Positions 19,176 through 29,483 of a stretch of 64,000 nucleotides of DNA are shown here, piece after piece (the first letter of the stretch is position 1; every line of letters starts with the position of its first letter). The notes beneath the pieces were generated by a model, which worked only from the letters and a program-made list of their open reading frames with translations, was not told the origin of the DNA and searched no databases. The DNA comes from an uncultured Desulfatitalea sp. (GTDB lineage Bacteria > Desulfobacterota > Desulfobacteria > Desulfobacterales > Desulfosarcinaceae), in NCBI GenBank assembly GCA_963668675.2, contig CAXXMB010000002.1:2464001-2528000 (forward strand), in the 5' to 3' direction. The position numbers and the translations under genes were made by a program.

Positions 19176-19285
19176 TCTGCAGTAACAAGGCGACTTGCTT
19201 TTTCTTGCCTGTCCGCACTACACTGGACGATAGATCTTGGCGCAATGACCGATACTAAAGGCGCAATGTCTTTACGGGAGGCACC

Positions 19286-20224
19286 ATGCCCAAAACGCTC
19301 TATTGGATACAAGGCGGCAGTTGCGGCGGCGACACCTGGTCCCTGCTCAATGCCGACACCCCCGATCTGGCCGAACTGCTTGATGCCTTCGGTATTGAGC
19401 TGCTCTGGCACCAGGCGTTCAGCTGTTTGACCGATGATGCCTTCGAACGGCTCAATCAACGGATTCTCTCCGGCCTGCAACCCCTGGATATTCTCTGCGT
19501 GGAGGGTTCGGTCATCAACGGGCCCAACGGCACCGGGCGTTTCGACATGCTGCCCCAGGGGCCCAAGCGTGAGATGATCAAAGCCCTGGCCCATAAGGCG
19601 CGCTATGTACTGGCCGTGGGGACATGTGCCAGTTTTGGCGGTATCGGCGCCGATAGTGAGATCATGGCCAGTGGCATGCAGTTCATCAAATGGGAGATGG
19701 GTGGACTGCTGGGCCAGCAATTCGAATCGCCCGGCGGCTATCCGGTGATCAATCTGCCCGGTTGCCCGTGCCACTGCGATGTGCTGGTCGGAACGCTTTC
19801 GGCGGTAGCGGCCGACATGCCCATCACCCTGGGCCACCACAATACACCGTCGGATTGGTATGGCGTTATGGTGCACCAGGGCTGCACGCGCAACGAATAC
19901 CACGAGTACCGGGTGGAGGAGAAGCGCTTCGGCGAGCGTGGCTGCATGTTTTTCTACATGGGCTGCCACGGCCCCCTGGTCACCGGCCCATGCAACAAGG
20001 CCTTGTGGAATCGCCGGTCATCCAAGACCCGCGTGGGCGTCCCCTGCTTCGGCTGCACCCGTCCCGACTTTCCCCAGCAGTATCCCTTTTTTGAAACGCG
20101 CAACATCGAGGGCATTCCCATCGAACTGCCCGACGGGGTGAGCCGGGCCCACTACATGGCCTACAAGGGGATGGCGGCCGCCGCGGCACCGAAACGGCTG
20201 CTCAAGCGCAAAACCGGCATTTAG
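19286..20224 (+). CDS. Cytoplasmic group-2-type [NiFe]-hydrogenase small subunit (HupU/HoxB-like)
   Basis: No Tat peptide. WIQGGSCGGD, GTCASFGG, NLPGCPCH, HQGCTRNEY, CMFFYMGCHGP, GVPCFGC. C-terminal GIPIELP...AAAPKRL extension. Confidence 0.85.
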   Translation: MPKTLYWIQGGSCGGDTWSLLNADTPDLAELLDAFGIELLWHQAFSCLTDDAFERLNQRILSGLQPLDILCVEGSVINGPNGTGRFDMLPQGPKREMIKALAHKARYVLAVGTCASFGGIGADSEIMASGMQFIKWEMGGLLGQQFESPGGYPVINLPGCPCHCDVLVGTLSAVAADMPITLGHHNTPSDWYGVMVHQGCTRNEYHEYRVEEKRFGERGCMFFYMGCHGPLVTGPCNKALWNRRSSKTRVGVPCFGCTRPDFPQQYPFFETRNIEGIPIELPDGVSRAHYMAYKGMAAAAAPKRLLKRKTGI

Positions 20225-20279
20225 TTATCTCAGTTGCGTTTCCAACAGCTGGATTGGAGACGCCCATTGGAATGGTTTT

Positions 20280-21794
20280 ATGGCCAATATTTTGAAAAAA
20301 GTGATCCCCCTCAACCGGGTCGAAGGCGATATGGAGATCCATATCGAACTGGACCGAGACAACGTGGTGGTCGAGGCGCGTAGCGTGGGTACAATGTACC
20401 GGGGCATCGAAAACCTCATGACCGGGCGGGGACCTCTGGACGGTCTGGTCATTACACCGAGAATTTGTGGTATCTGCACCACCGCCCATCTCAATGCCGC
20501 AGCCAAGGCCCTTGATATGGCATTCAGCGCCGCGGTTCCCGACAACGCCAGGCGACTGCGCAACGTGACGCTGATGGTCGAGCAGATGCAAAACGATTTG
20601 CGGCATCTCTTTCTACTGTTCATGGTCGATTTTACCGACATGCGTTACACCCAGGCCCCCTGGTATGATCAGGCCCTTCGGCGATATCGGGTGATCAAGG
20701 GGACGACGGCGCTTGAGATCGTCAAAGAGACCAAAAAGATCATAGAGGTGATCGCCATCCTGGGGGGACAGTGGCCACACTCTTCATTTATGGTGCCCGG
20801 GGGGGTGGTGTCGGTGCCCAGCGGGAATGACATTGCCCAATGCCGGCACATTATGCGTGCTTTTCGCCGCTGGTATGAGCGGCGGATTCTGGGATGCTCG
20901 CTCGAGCGGTGGCGAGCGGTGCAGACGTCGGCCGATCTGGATGGCTGGCTTGCTGAGCATGCCAGCCATCAAAGCAGCGAGTTGGGTTTCTTTATCCAAC
21001 TGGCCAGATCGGTGGGATTGGACCGCATGGGGCGGGGACACGATTGCTTTATCAGTTCGGGTGGCGTCGATATGCCGAACCAGACCAACGTTCAAGGGGA
21101 TGGCGTTGGCCGGCAGCTTTTCCCGTCCGGTATTTTTACCCCATCCGGTCTGGCTCGATTCGATCCGCAAAAGATCAGCGAAGAGGTTGCGGCCTCTTTT
21201 TTCAAGGAGGAGGGCAATAGCCGTCACCCTTACGACGGCCGCACCGTTACCGATGCCGATTCCCAGGACCCCGGCAAGTACTCCTGGGCCAAGGCGCCGC
21301 GCTATGATGGCCGCCCGATGGAGACTGGCCCCTTGGCGGATATGCTCGCTGCCGGCGATCCGCTCTTTACCGAGGAGGTACAATCCCGGGGATCGACTGT
21401 TTTTTTAAGGGAGTTGGCCCGAATGGTGAGAGCGACCCATCTGTTACCGGCGGTGGATCAGTGGTTGGTTGAGATGACCGAGTGCGACACTCCGTTCTAC
21501 CAGGAGTATTGGAAGCAGGTATCGGCCCGCGGGCACGGATTCGTGCCCGCTCCCAGAGGGTTTCTGGGGCACTGGCTTGTCATTGCGGATGGGCGTATCG
21601 CCAACTATCAGGTGATCACTCCCACTACCTGGAACGGTTCGCCCCGGGACGGAAACGGTGTGCGCGGGCCTTGGGAGGAGGCGATCGTCGGTTTGCGTGT
21701 GGACGATCCTGCAAACCCCATTGAAGTGGGTCAGGTGGTTCGCTCGTTTGATCCTTGTCTGGTGTGCACCGTTCATGCCGTGCGTTTGGAATAA
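20280..21794 (+). CDS. Group-2-type [NiFe]-hydrogenase large subunit (HupV/HoxC-like)
   Basis: PLNRVEGD, L1 TPRICGICTTAH, GGQWPH, KYSWAKAPRY, L2 SFDPCLVCTVH with only 5 trailing residues. Confidence 0.9.
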   Translation: MANILKKVIPLNRVEGDMEIHIELDRDNVVVEARSVGTMYRGIENLMTGRGPLDGLVITPRICGICTTAHLNAAAKALDMAFSAAVPDNARRLRNVTLMVEQMQNDLRHLFLLFMVDFTDMRYTQAPWYDQALRRYRVIKGTTALEIVKETKKIIEVIAILGGQWPHSSFMVPGGVVSVPSGNDIAQCRHIMRAFRRWYERRILGCSLERWRAVQTSADLDGWLAEHASHQSSELGFFIQLARSVGLDRMGRGHDCFISSGGVDMPNQTNVQGDGVGRQLFPSGIFTPSGLARFDPQKISEEVAASFFKEEGNSRHPYDGRTVTDADSQDPGKYSWAKAPRYDGRPMETGPLADMLAAGDPLFTEEVQSRGSTVFLRELARMVRATHLLPAVDQWLVEMTECDTPFYQEYWKQVSARGHGFVPAPRGFLGHWLVIADGRIANYQVITPTTWNGSPRDGNGVRGPWEEAIVGLRVDDPANPIEVGQVVRSFDPCLVCTVHAVRLE

Positions 21795-21804
21795 GCGACA
21801 TCGC

Positions 21805-23958
21805 ATGACCAACTCTAACGTTTATATGCCCATGCCAACCCTATCACAAACCAAACCGTATGATGAGTGCTGCAGCTACCTATGGCCAAACAGGTGTCTA
21901 GAGTGCAGGGACCGGGAGCACTGCCCAATAGAGAGGCTGGTCATCGAGAATGAGTTGCTCAAAGAGGAGATCCGCGTATCACGTGAGTCGGCTGAGATCA
22001 CTGCAAGCCTGGTGGTCAAGCAGTTCGAAGAGACCGAGCGCGTGCTGCGCCGTTTTCAGGTGGCCAATGCCCAGCGAAAAGCGGTTCTCGATTCGGCTGC
22101 CCAAATGGCCATTATTGCCACCGACCGGACCGGGACGATTATCGTTTTTAACAAAGGCGCCGAGAATGTGCTCGGTTACTATTCAGCCGAGGTGATCGGT
22201 CAATTGACTCCCCTGGTGTTCCATGCGCCGGATGAGCTGCAGGCCAAGGCGGAAGCGCTAAGCAGCGCGATGGGACATCGTATCGATGGCATTGATCTCT
22301 TTTTCCATTACGCCCTCCACGGTCAGCGCGAACAGCAGGAGTGGACCTATGTGCACAAGGATGGGCAGCGGTTCCCGGTGACCCTTTCGATCAACCCCCT
22401 GCGGGATGCCGAAGGTGCGCTGAATGGTTTTTTGTGCCTTGCAGCCGACATCACGGAGAAGAAGCGCTCGGAAAAGGCACTGCAGGAGAGCGAAAGGAAC
22501 TACCGGCTGCTCATCGACAATATTCCCAATATCGTTTTCAAGGGGTATGACGACGGCAGCATCGATTTCTTCGACGACAAGATCGAAAAGTTGACCGGTT
22601 ATCCCAAAGAGATGTTTCTCTCCCGGGAGTTGCGCTGGACAGACCTGATCCTTGAAGAGGACCGCGATGCCGCAAGGAAAAGCTTCATCAACGCCATGCG
22701 GGGCAACCACCAGTTCATCCGTGAATATCGCGTCCGCAAACGCGATGGTGATGCGGTCTGGCTGCAGGCCAGCAGCCAGATCGTATATGACGAAGAGGGG
22801 CGCATCGATTTCATCAGCGGCGCCATTTTGGACATATCCGTGCGTAAAATGGCCGAGGCCGCCCTGCACGACTCGGAAGAGAAGTACCGCAGCCTTTTCG
22901 ACAGCGGACCCAATCCCATTTTTGTGCTCGACCCGACCACCTTGCAGATCCTGGATGTCAATCCGGCCACTTTGGACACGTACGGTTATGAGAAGAAGGA
23001 GTTGCTGGGGCGCTACTTCACCGAACTGGGCGAATTTGAGATCCGCGAACAGGGTCTGACCCTGGATGCCGCGATTCAGTGGCCCCATGGCTGCTTTATC
23101 AATCAGAAAGCGCGCCATTTGAAGAAGGACGGCACCCCCTTTTACATTCGTGTGAAAACTTGCCCTATTAAATACCAGGACCGCCAGGCGTTGATTCTGG
23201 CGGCCACGGACATCACCGAGTCCATCGAAAAGGACGCCCAACTCTTTCAGACCAGCAAGATGAAGACATTGGGTGAGATGTCGGCCGGCATGGCCCACGA
23301 ATTGACCCAGCCGCTCAATGCCATCAAGATCGGCAGCGACTATCTGAGGCGCAAGATGCAGCAAGGCGAGGAGGTAACCGATTTTGATCTGGAGCGTGTG
23401 GCCGCAGCGATCACCAGTCAGGTACAGCGTGCGTCGGAGATTATCCATCGGTTGCGGGAATTCGGCCGCAAACCCGATTTTGCAAAGGCCCCGGTCAATC
23501 TCAACCAGGTGATCGCCAATGTGCTGCAGATCATCGGTCAGCAACTGATACTGAACAATATTCGCATCCAGTGCAATCTGGCCGACGGGCTGCCCGATAT
23601 CCTGGCCAATGGCAACCGGCTCGAGCAGGTCTTTTTCAACCTGTTGAGCAACGCCCGCGACGCCATCGAACAGCTTCCGGGCGATGCCACCGACAGCGAG
23701 GCGCGCAAGATCATCGTCGAAACCTATGTGGATGGCAAGGACGTGTTGTGTGCCGTGGCTGACTCCGGCATCGGCGTCGCAGAAGAGACCAAGGAGAAAA
23801 TTTTCGAGCCTTTCTTTACCACCAAGGAGGTGGGTAAAGGGATGGGGTTGGGGCTGGCCATCACCTATGGGATTGTGCGCGATTACGGTGGAGATATTGT
23901 CGTTAAGAGCAGACCGGGGTTGGGAACGCGGTTTGAGCTTCGTTTTGCAAAAACGTAA
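21805..23958 (+). CDS. Soluble triple-PAS sensor histidine kinase with Cys-rich N-terminus
   Basis: Three PAS/PAC units ending DITE, DISV and [38 protein letters not shown]. No evident TM helix. Start could also be 21826 or 21832. Confidence 0.9.
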   Translation: MTNSNVYMPMPTLSQTKPYDECCSYLWPNRCLECRDREHCPIERLVIENELLKEEIRVSRESAEITASLVVKQFEETERVLRRFQVANAQRKAVLDSAAQMAIIATDRTGTIIVFNKGAENVLGYYSAEVIGQLTPLVFHAPDELQAKAEALSSAMGHRIDGIDLFFHYALHGQREQQEWTYVHKDGQRFPVTLSINPLRDAEGALNGFLCLAADITEKKRSEKALQESERNYRLLIDNIPNIVFKGYDDGSIDFFDDKIEKLTGYPKEMFLSRELRWTDLILEEDRDAARKSFINAMRGNHQFIREYRVRKRDGDAVWLQASSQIVYDEEGRIDFISGAILDISVRKMAEAALHDSEEKYRSLFDSGPNPIFVLDPTTLQILDVNPATLDTYGYEKKELLGRYFTELGEFEIREQGLTLDAAIQWPHGCFINQKARHLKKDGTPFYIRVKTCPIKYQDRQALILAATDITESIEKDAQLFQTSKMKTLGEMSAGMAHELTQPLNAIKIGSDYLRRKMQQGEEVTDFDLERVAAAITSQVQRASEIIHRLREFGRKPDFAKAPVNLNQVIANVLQIIGQQLILNNIRIQCNLADGLPDILANGNRLEQVFFNLLSNARDAIEQLPGDATDSEARKIIVETYVDGKDVLCAVADSGIGVAEETKEKIFEPFFTTKEVGKGMGLGLAITYGIVRDYGGDIVVKSRPGLGTRFELRFAKT

Positions 23959-24013
23959 GCATTGAATTGCTGGAGAGCTTGAAGTGTTAACTCAACTTTC
24001 GGTGGAATGATCC

Positions 24014-24192
24014 GGCGAGTCCAGCGGGTGGTTTGCACTTCACTCAAATGAATGTAAGTGCCTCTAAGCTTTGCTCTGGGCGGCCCGGAAACTCGCGTGC
24101 GCTCAAACAGTCCGGGCCGCTGATCCTCCGTTGCAGCTAAGAGGCTCTATCATTCAATGCGAATGAGGTGTAAACCACCCACTGGACTCGCC
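24014..24192 (+). repeat. ~180-bp hairpin element, copy 2
   Basis: 29-bp outer stem with the same core as copies 1 and 3. Confidence 0.9.
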
Positions 24193-24364
24193 TCCAGATG
24201 TTTATATTGAGAAATCCGTAATTTCTGTCTGCCGTTTTGAGCAGAGGATTTCTCTCTATTTTAGTGCGACAAATTGGCTGAAGTGGGGTATGCTGAAAAT
24301 TCGAAAATTTATACAAGCGGATACTTGGTAATCTATTGAAAAACCAGCAGAGAGTTAAGGTATA

Positions 24365-24757
24365 ATGACCAAGATTCTTATTATCGACGATGAACAGCCG
24401 ACCTTGCAGATGCTCAGTCTTTTTCTGGAGGCTTGCGGCTACGAGGTGCTGACCGCCGAGAATGAGACCAAGGGTCTGGAGACATTTTCGCGGGAGCTTC
24501 CGCCGATTGTGCTGACCGATATCAAGATGCCCGGCAAGGACGGGTTCGAGGTGTTGCGAAAGGTCAAGGCCATTGCCCCCCAAACCGATGTGATCGTCAT
24601 CACCGGCCATGGCGACAAGGATCTGGCGCGGCAGGCGTTGGATCTGGATGCCAGCGCCTTCTTCAACAAACCCCTGGATACGGAGGCCTTGGAGAAGGCC
24701 ATTGGTGAGATCCAGGCGCGTCTGGTCGACGGCGGCCGAACCACAGAGTCCACCTGA
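24365..24757 (+). CDS. Single-domain response regulator (receiver only)
   Basis: ILIIDDE, LTDIKMPGKDG, ITGHGD, FFNKP; 130 aa. Confidence 0.93.
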   Translation: MTKILIIDDEQPTLQMLSLFLEACGYEVLTAENETKGLETFSRELPPIVLTDIKMPGKDGFEVLRKVKAIAPQTDVIVITGHGDKDLARQALDLDASAFFNKPLDTEALEKAIGEIQARLVDGGRTTEST

Positions 24758-24764
24758 TCAACCA

Positions 24765-27071
24765 ATGAAAAGCGGCAAGACGGCAAGAGAGATCCACATC
24801 AACGGCATCGTCCAGGGCGTCGGTTTCCGGCCGTGTGTCTATCGCCTGGCCCGGCGCAGGGGGTTGTGCGGGGAGGTGGCCAATACGGCCCGGGGGGTGA
24901 CGATTCTCCTGGAAGGGCAGGCGGCTCAGATCGACGGATTCATGACCGATCTCGAGCGCGAAAAGCCGCCTTTGGCGCATATGGTGGAGATTGCCCAGAA
25001 GGATCGGCCGGTCGACGGGCATACCGATTTCACTATCGCTCCCAGCCAGGGCAGCGCCTATCGGGCCACCCTGGTATCGCCTGATGTGGCGGTGTGCGAT
25101 GATTGCCTGCACGAACTGTTCGATCCCCGGGATCGGCGTTTCGGCTACCCGTTCATCAACTGCACCAACTGCGGACCACGCTATACGATCATCGATGACA
25201 TTCCCTACGACCGTGCCAAGACCGCCATGCGCGGCTTTAAGATGTGCCCCCAATGCCAGGCCGAATATGAGGATCCAGAAGACCGTCGCTACCACGCCCA
25301 GCCCAATGCGTGTGCGGTATGCGGCCCCAAGGTGGCGCTGTTCGATGCCGGCGGCGATCCGGTGGCGGCTGACGATCCCATCGCCTACGCGGCGCGCTTG
25401 ATTCGGGAGGGTCGCATTGTTGCCGTAAAGGGATTGGGAGGTTTTCACCTGGCGGCAGACGCCCTCAACGACGATGCGGTGGCACGGCTGCGCGAACGCA
25501 AGCACCGTGAAGAGAAACCCCTGGCCGTGATGGTGCCCGACGTGGATACCATTGCCACCTTCGCTCATATGACGTCGGAAGATGTCGAACTGTTGACCAC
25601 CATTCAGCGGCCGATCGTTTTGCTCCCCAAACGACTTCCCGAACGACTGGCCTTCTCTGTGGCACCGCGCAACCACTATTACGGGGTGATGCTACCCTAT
25701 ACACCGTTGCACCACCTGCTGTTGGCCAACGGATTTAAGGCTGTCGTGATGACCAGCGGCAACCTGAGCGAAGAACCCATTGCCATCGATAACGACGAAG
25801 CGTTCAAACGGTTGGGCGCCATCGCCGATCTCTTCCTGGTTCACGACCGGCCTATCCGGTTACGCAGCGACGACAGCATCGTACGCCGATCGGGCGGCAA
25901 GACGCGGCCCATGCGGCGCTCCAGGGGGTTCGTGCCGGTGCCGGTCTTTTTGAAACACAAGCAGCCCATGATTCTGGCCTGCGGGGCCGAGCTGAAGAAT
26001 ACGGTTTGCCTGACCAAAGGCAATCAAGCCTTTGTCAGCCAGCACATCGGTGATCTGGAAAACATGGCCACCGAGGATTTCTTCCGCCTCACCATCGATC
26101 ATCTCCAGCGCATTCTCGACATCGCTCCCCAGGCCATTGCCTGCGACATGCATCCCGACTACCTGAGTACCCGCTGGGCCGAGGCCCAGGAGGGGATGCC
26201 GATGATTCAAGTGCAGCACCACCATGCCCACGTTGCGGCCTGTATGGCCGAGCACCATCTGGAGGGTGAGGTGATCGGCTTGGCCTTTGACGGCACGGGT
26301 TATGGAACCGACGGCACGGTTTGGGGGGGTGAGGTGCTGGTTGCCGAACAGAAGGACTTCAAACGTGCGGCCCATCTTGCCTGTGTGCCCATGCCGGGGG
26401 CTGCGGCGGCGATCAGGGCGCCCTGGCGTCTGGGACTGGCCTATCTGCACGACGCTTACGGAGAGCAGCTTTGGGAGTTGGGCCTGCCATTTCTACAGCG
26501 CCTTGACGGCGACAAAGCCCGAACGGTGGTTCAGATGGCTGTCAAAGGGATCAATGCCCCCCTCACCTCCAGCCTGGGCAGGTTGTTCGATGCCATGGCC
26601 GCCATCGTTGGATTGCGGGGTACGGTGGCCTATGAAGGCCAGGCTGCCATGGAGTTGGAGATGATGGCCGATGGAAATGAGCAAAACAGCTATCCGTTTG
26701 AGTGGTCCAACGATCCGGTCAAACAGGTGGCCGTCGGCCCGATCGTCAAGGGAGTAGTCGAAGATATTTTGGACGGGTTGCCGGCCTTTATCATCAGTCG
26801 GAAATTTCACGACACCCTCATTGCCATGTGGGCCGAACTGTGCGCGGAGCTGCGTGGTGAAACCGGTTTGGGGCGCGTGGTGCTCAGCGGCGGATGCTTT
26901 CAGAATGTGCTGCTGCTCGAAGGGCTCACTGCCGCCCTGAAACAGACCGGGTTTGACGTTTTCAGCCACGAGCAGGTACCGACCAACGACGGTGGCATCT
27001 CCCTGGGGCAAGCCTTTGTGGCCGGCAGCCGGCTGGATGGGAGCGGTTTTAAGGTGTCATCTGACATTTAA
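24765..27071 (+). CDS. hypF: Carbamoyltransferase HypF
   Basis: GIVQGVGFRP acylphosphatase domain, two Zn fingers (CDDC..CTNCGPR; CPQC..CAVCGP), KGLGGFHL, QHHHAH, NDGGISLGQ. Confidence 0.97.
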   Translation: MKSGKTAREIHINGIVQGVGFRPCVYRLARRRGLCGEVANTARGVTILLEGQAAQIDGFMTDLEREKPPLAHMVEIAQKDRPVDGHTDFTIAPSQGSAYRATLVSPDVAVCDDCLHELFDPRDRRFGYPFINCTNCGPRYTIIDDIPYDRAKTAMRGFKMCPQCQAEYEDPEDRRYHAQPNACAVCGPKVALFDAGGDPVAADDPIAYAARLIREGRIVAVKGLGGFHLAADALNDDAVARLRERKHREEKPLAVMVPDVDTIATFAHMTSEDVELLTTIQRPIVLLPKRLPERLAFSVAPRNHYYGVMLPYTPLHHLLLANGFKAVVMTSGNLSEEPIAIDNDEAFKRLGAIADLFLVHDRPIRLRSDDSIVRRSGGKTRPMRRSRGFVPVPVFLKHKQPMILACGAELKNTVCLTKGNQAFVSQHIGDLENMATEDFFRLTIDHLQRILDIAPQAIACDMHPDYLSTRWAEAQEGMPMIQVQHHHAHVAACMAEHHLEGEVIGLAFDGTGYGTDGTVWGGEVLVAEQKDFKRAAHLACVPMPGAAAAIRAPWRLGLAYLHDAYGEQLWELGLPFLQRLDGDKARTVVQMAVKGINAPLTSSLGRLFDAMAAIVGLRGTVAYEGQAAMELEMMADGNEQNSYPFEWSNDPVKQVAVGPIVKGVVEDILDGLPAFIISRKFHDTLIAMWAELCAELRGETGLGRVVLSGGCFQNVLLLEGLTAALKQTGFDVFSHEQVPTNDGGISLGQAFVAGSRLDGSGFKVSSDI

Positions 27072-27119
27072 TCAACAGCGTGTAGAAGACGAGTTTTTCT
27101 TCGTTCAAGGACTTCAGAT

Positions 27120-28217
27120 ATGTCACATGAGCAAAAAGCGTTTAGCGAAGATTTTAGAGATCCCCGACTGGCCCGCAGCCTCGTGCAACAGCTGAAGCAG
27201 ACGGCCAGGTCGCCCATGCGGATCATGGAGGTTTGCGGCACGCATACCATGTCCATTTTTCGTCACGGTATCCGGGCACTTTTGCCCGAGACGATGACGT
27301 TGCTCTCCGGACCGGGATGTCCGGTATGTGTCACCGACCAGACCGATATCGACGGGTTTATTGCCCTCTCCCAGCGCGAGGAGGTGACGATAGCCACTTT
27401 TGGCGACCTGATGCGTGTACCGGGCACCTATACGTCGCTTCAGCGGGAGGTGGCTGAGGGGGCCGACGTACGGGTAGTCTACTCGCCCATGGATGCCGTG
27501 CAGCTGGCCCAAACACATCCGGACCGGACGGTGGTGTTTTTGGGGGTGGGGTTTGAAACTACGGCGCCCACAATCGCGGCGGCCATTTTAACGGCGCAGC
27601 AGCTTAAACTGCCCAATTTCTGCGTCTATTCAGCCCACAAAACCGTTCCCCAGGCGTTGGCAACGCTCATGACCCACCCGGATGTGCGCATTGATGGTTT
27701 TTTACTGCCCGGCCATGTGTCGGTGATCATCGGCATGCAGGCCTATCAGTCCTTTTTCGATTCTTTCGGCACTCCCTGCGCGGCTGCTGGGTTCGAGCCG
27801 TTGGATATACTACAGGGGCTGGTGATGCTTGCCCGGCAGATCGAGGCGGGGATGCCAGCGCTCGAGAATGCTTATCCGCGTGTCGTTACCGACGAGGGCA
27901 ACCCTAAGGCGCGGGAGGTGCTGGATCGGGTGTTTGCTGCCAGTGATGCCCGCTGGCGCGGCTTGGGGGAAATTCCCGGCAGCGGATTGATCATCCGTCC
28001 CGAGTTTGCCGATTTCGACGCCACTCGACGTTTCAATATTGCTGTGGTGGATATGCCGCCGCCAAAAGGGTGTTCCTGCGGAGAGATTTTGATCGGCATC
28101 AAGACCCCACTGGAGTGCGCCCTGTTTGGCAAGCGCTGCACCCCCATGGACCCGGTGGGACCGTGTATGGTCTCGAGCGAGGGGACGTGTGCGGCTTACT
28201 ACCGGTATAGTGCATAG
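27120..28217 (+). CDS. hypD: Hydrogenase maturation protein HypD
   Basis: MEVCGTHT, GPGCPVCVT, GFETTAP, PGHVS, GPCMVSSEGTCAA. Confidence 0.97.
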   Translation: MSHEQKAFSEDFRDPRLARSLVQQLKQTARSPMRIMEVCGTHTMSIFRHGIRALLPETMTLLSGPGCPVCVTDQTDIDGFIALSQREEVTIATFGDLMRVPGTYTSLQREVAEGADVRVVYSPMDAVQLAQTHPDRTVVFLGVGFETTAPTIAAAILTAQQLKLPNFCVYSAHKTVPQALATLMTHPDVRIDGFLLPGHVSVIIGMQAYQSFFDSFGTPCAAAGFEPLDILQGLVMLARQIEAGMPALENAYPRVVTDEGNPKAREVLDRVFAASDARWRGLGEIPGSGLIIRPEFADFDATRRFNIAVVDMPPPKGCSCGEILIGIKTPLECALFGKRCTPMDPVGPCMVSSEGTCAAYYRYSA

Positions 28218-28222
28218 GAGAT

Positions 28223-29236
28223 ATGATGAAAACGGACAAAATACTTCTCGATCACGGCAGCGGCGGTAAGATGGCACATCAGTTGACCACCGAGGTGTTG
28301 ATGCCGATGTTCGAAAATCGTTTTCTGGCTCAGCTGCATGACGGGGCCATCTTCGAGGTGGATCGCGGGCGTTTGGCTTTCTCTACGGATACGTTTGTGG
28401 TCGATCCAATCTTCTTCCCTGGCGGGAGCATTGGTGATCTGGCGGTCAACGGTACGGTCAACGATCTGGCCATGTGCGGCGCGGTGCCGCGCTATCTAAG
28501 TATGGGCTTGATTCTGGAGGAGGGGCTTGCCATGGCTGATCTGGAGCGCGTGCTTCATGGCGTGCGCGATGCACTGGATCGGGCCGGAGTGCTGTTGGTG
28601 ACCGGTGACACCAAGGTGGTCCCAAAGGGGGCGGCGGATCAGATTTTTATCAACACGTCCGGTATTGGTGTGGTGCCGGATGGGGTGACGATTGGCGCTG
28701 AAGGGGCCGCGGTTGGCGATCAAATCATTTTGAGTGGCACCATGGCCGATCACGGCATTGCGGTGCTCACCCAACGGGAGGGGCTGCGGTTCGAGTCGGA
28801 TGTGACCAGCGATACGGCGCCGTTGAATGGTTTGGTTGCGGCGATTTTGAAGGTCTGTTCTGACGTGCATGTGCTGCGTGATCCGACCCGGGGGGGCGTG
28901 GGGACGGCGCTCAACGAAATTGCTTTGCAGTCCGGCGTTGGTATGGTGCTGGAGGAGGAGCGGTTGCCTGTGTCGCCAGCGGTGGCCGGCATTTGTGAGC
29001 TGTTGGGGTTCGATCCGATCTATCTGGCCAATGAGGGTAAGCTGCTCTGTTTTGTACCGGGCGAGCGGGCGGAGGATGTATTGACTGCGATGCGGAAGAA
29101 CGAGTTTGGTCGCGGGGCGTGCGTCATCGGGAGAGTGGTGGCTGAGCATCCTGGGCGTGTGGTGATGGAGACGGCCATTGGCGGGCAGCGGATTGTGGAT
29201 ATGCTGGCGGGGGAGCAGTTGCCCCGAATATGCTAG
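28223..29236 (+). CDS. hypE: Hydrogenase maturation protein HypE
   Basis: HGSGG, GTVNDL, TGDTKVV, RDPTRGG and C-terminal LPRIC. Confidence 0.97.
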   Translation: MMKTDKILLDHGSGGKMAHQLTTEVLMPMFENRFLAQLHDGAIFEVDRGRLAFSTDTFVVDPIFFPGGSIGDLAVNGTVNDLAMCGAVPRYLSMGLILEEGLAMADLERVLHGVRDALDRAGVLLVTGDTKVVPKGAADQIFINTSGIGVVPDGVTIGAEGAAVGDQIILSGTMADHGIAVLTQREGLRFESDVTSDTAPLNGLVAAILKVCSDVHVLRDPTRGGVGTALNEIALQSGVGMVLEEERLPVSPAVAGICELLGFDPIYLANEGKLLCFVPGERAEDVLTAMRKNEFGRGACVIGRVVAEHPGRVVMETAIGGQRIVDMLAGEQLPRIC

Positions 29237-29252
29237 AAAAAGTTTAAGGAAT

Positions 29253-29351
29253 GGCCGGTGGGGTGGTCCGGTGAGCCCGGTGCCACACATCAAACGCCAT
29301 CAGAGGCGGTTCACAGTGCGGCACCGGGCTCACCGGACCACCCCACCGGCC
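29253..29351. repeat. Long inverted repeat (REP-doublet-like)
   Basis: GGCCGGTGGGGTGGTCCGGTGAGCCCGGTGCC and its exact reverse complement, separated by ~35 nt. Confidence 0.8.
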
Positions 29352-29382
29352 GTCATTTTGATGGCGAGTAGATAGGCGCGTC

Positions 29383-29407
29383 GTAGGGGCGGAGTTGATC
29401 CCCGCCC
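29383..29407 (+). repeat. Single GTAG-type REP palindrome
   Basis: GTAG-GGGCGGAGTTGATCCCCGCCC, similar to the copies at 7108-7132, 7176-7200 and 63974-63998. Confidence 0.65.
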
Positions 29408-29483
29408 GGGAGATCGCAAGGACGTTGTCGGTTTCAATGTCGGATTCCAATCGTGTGGAAGCAAAAAATAATGGAGTGCCCTG

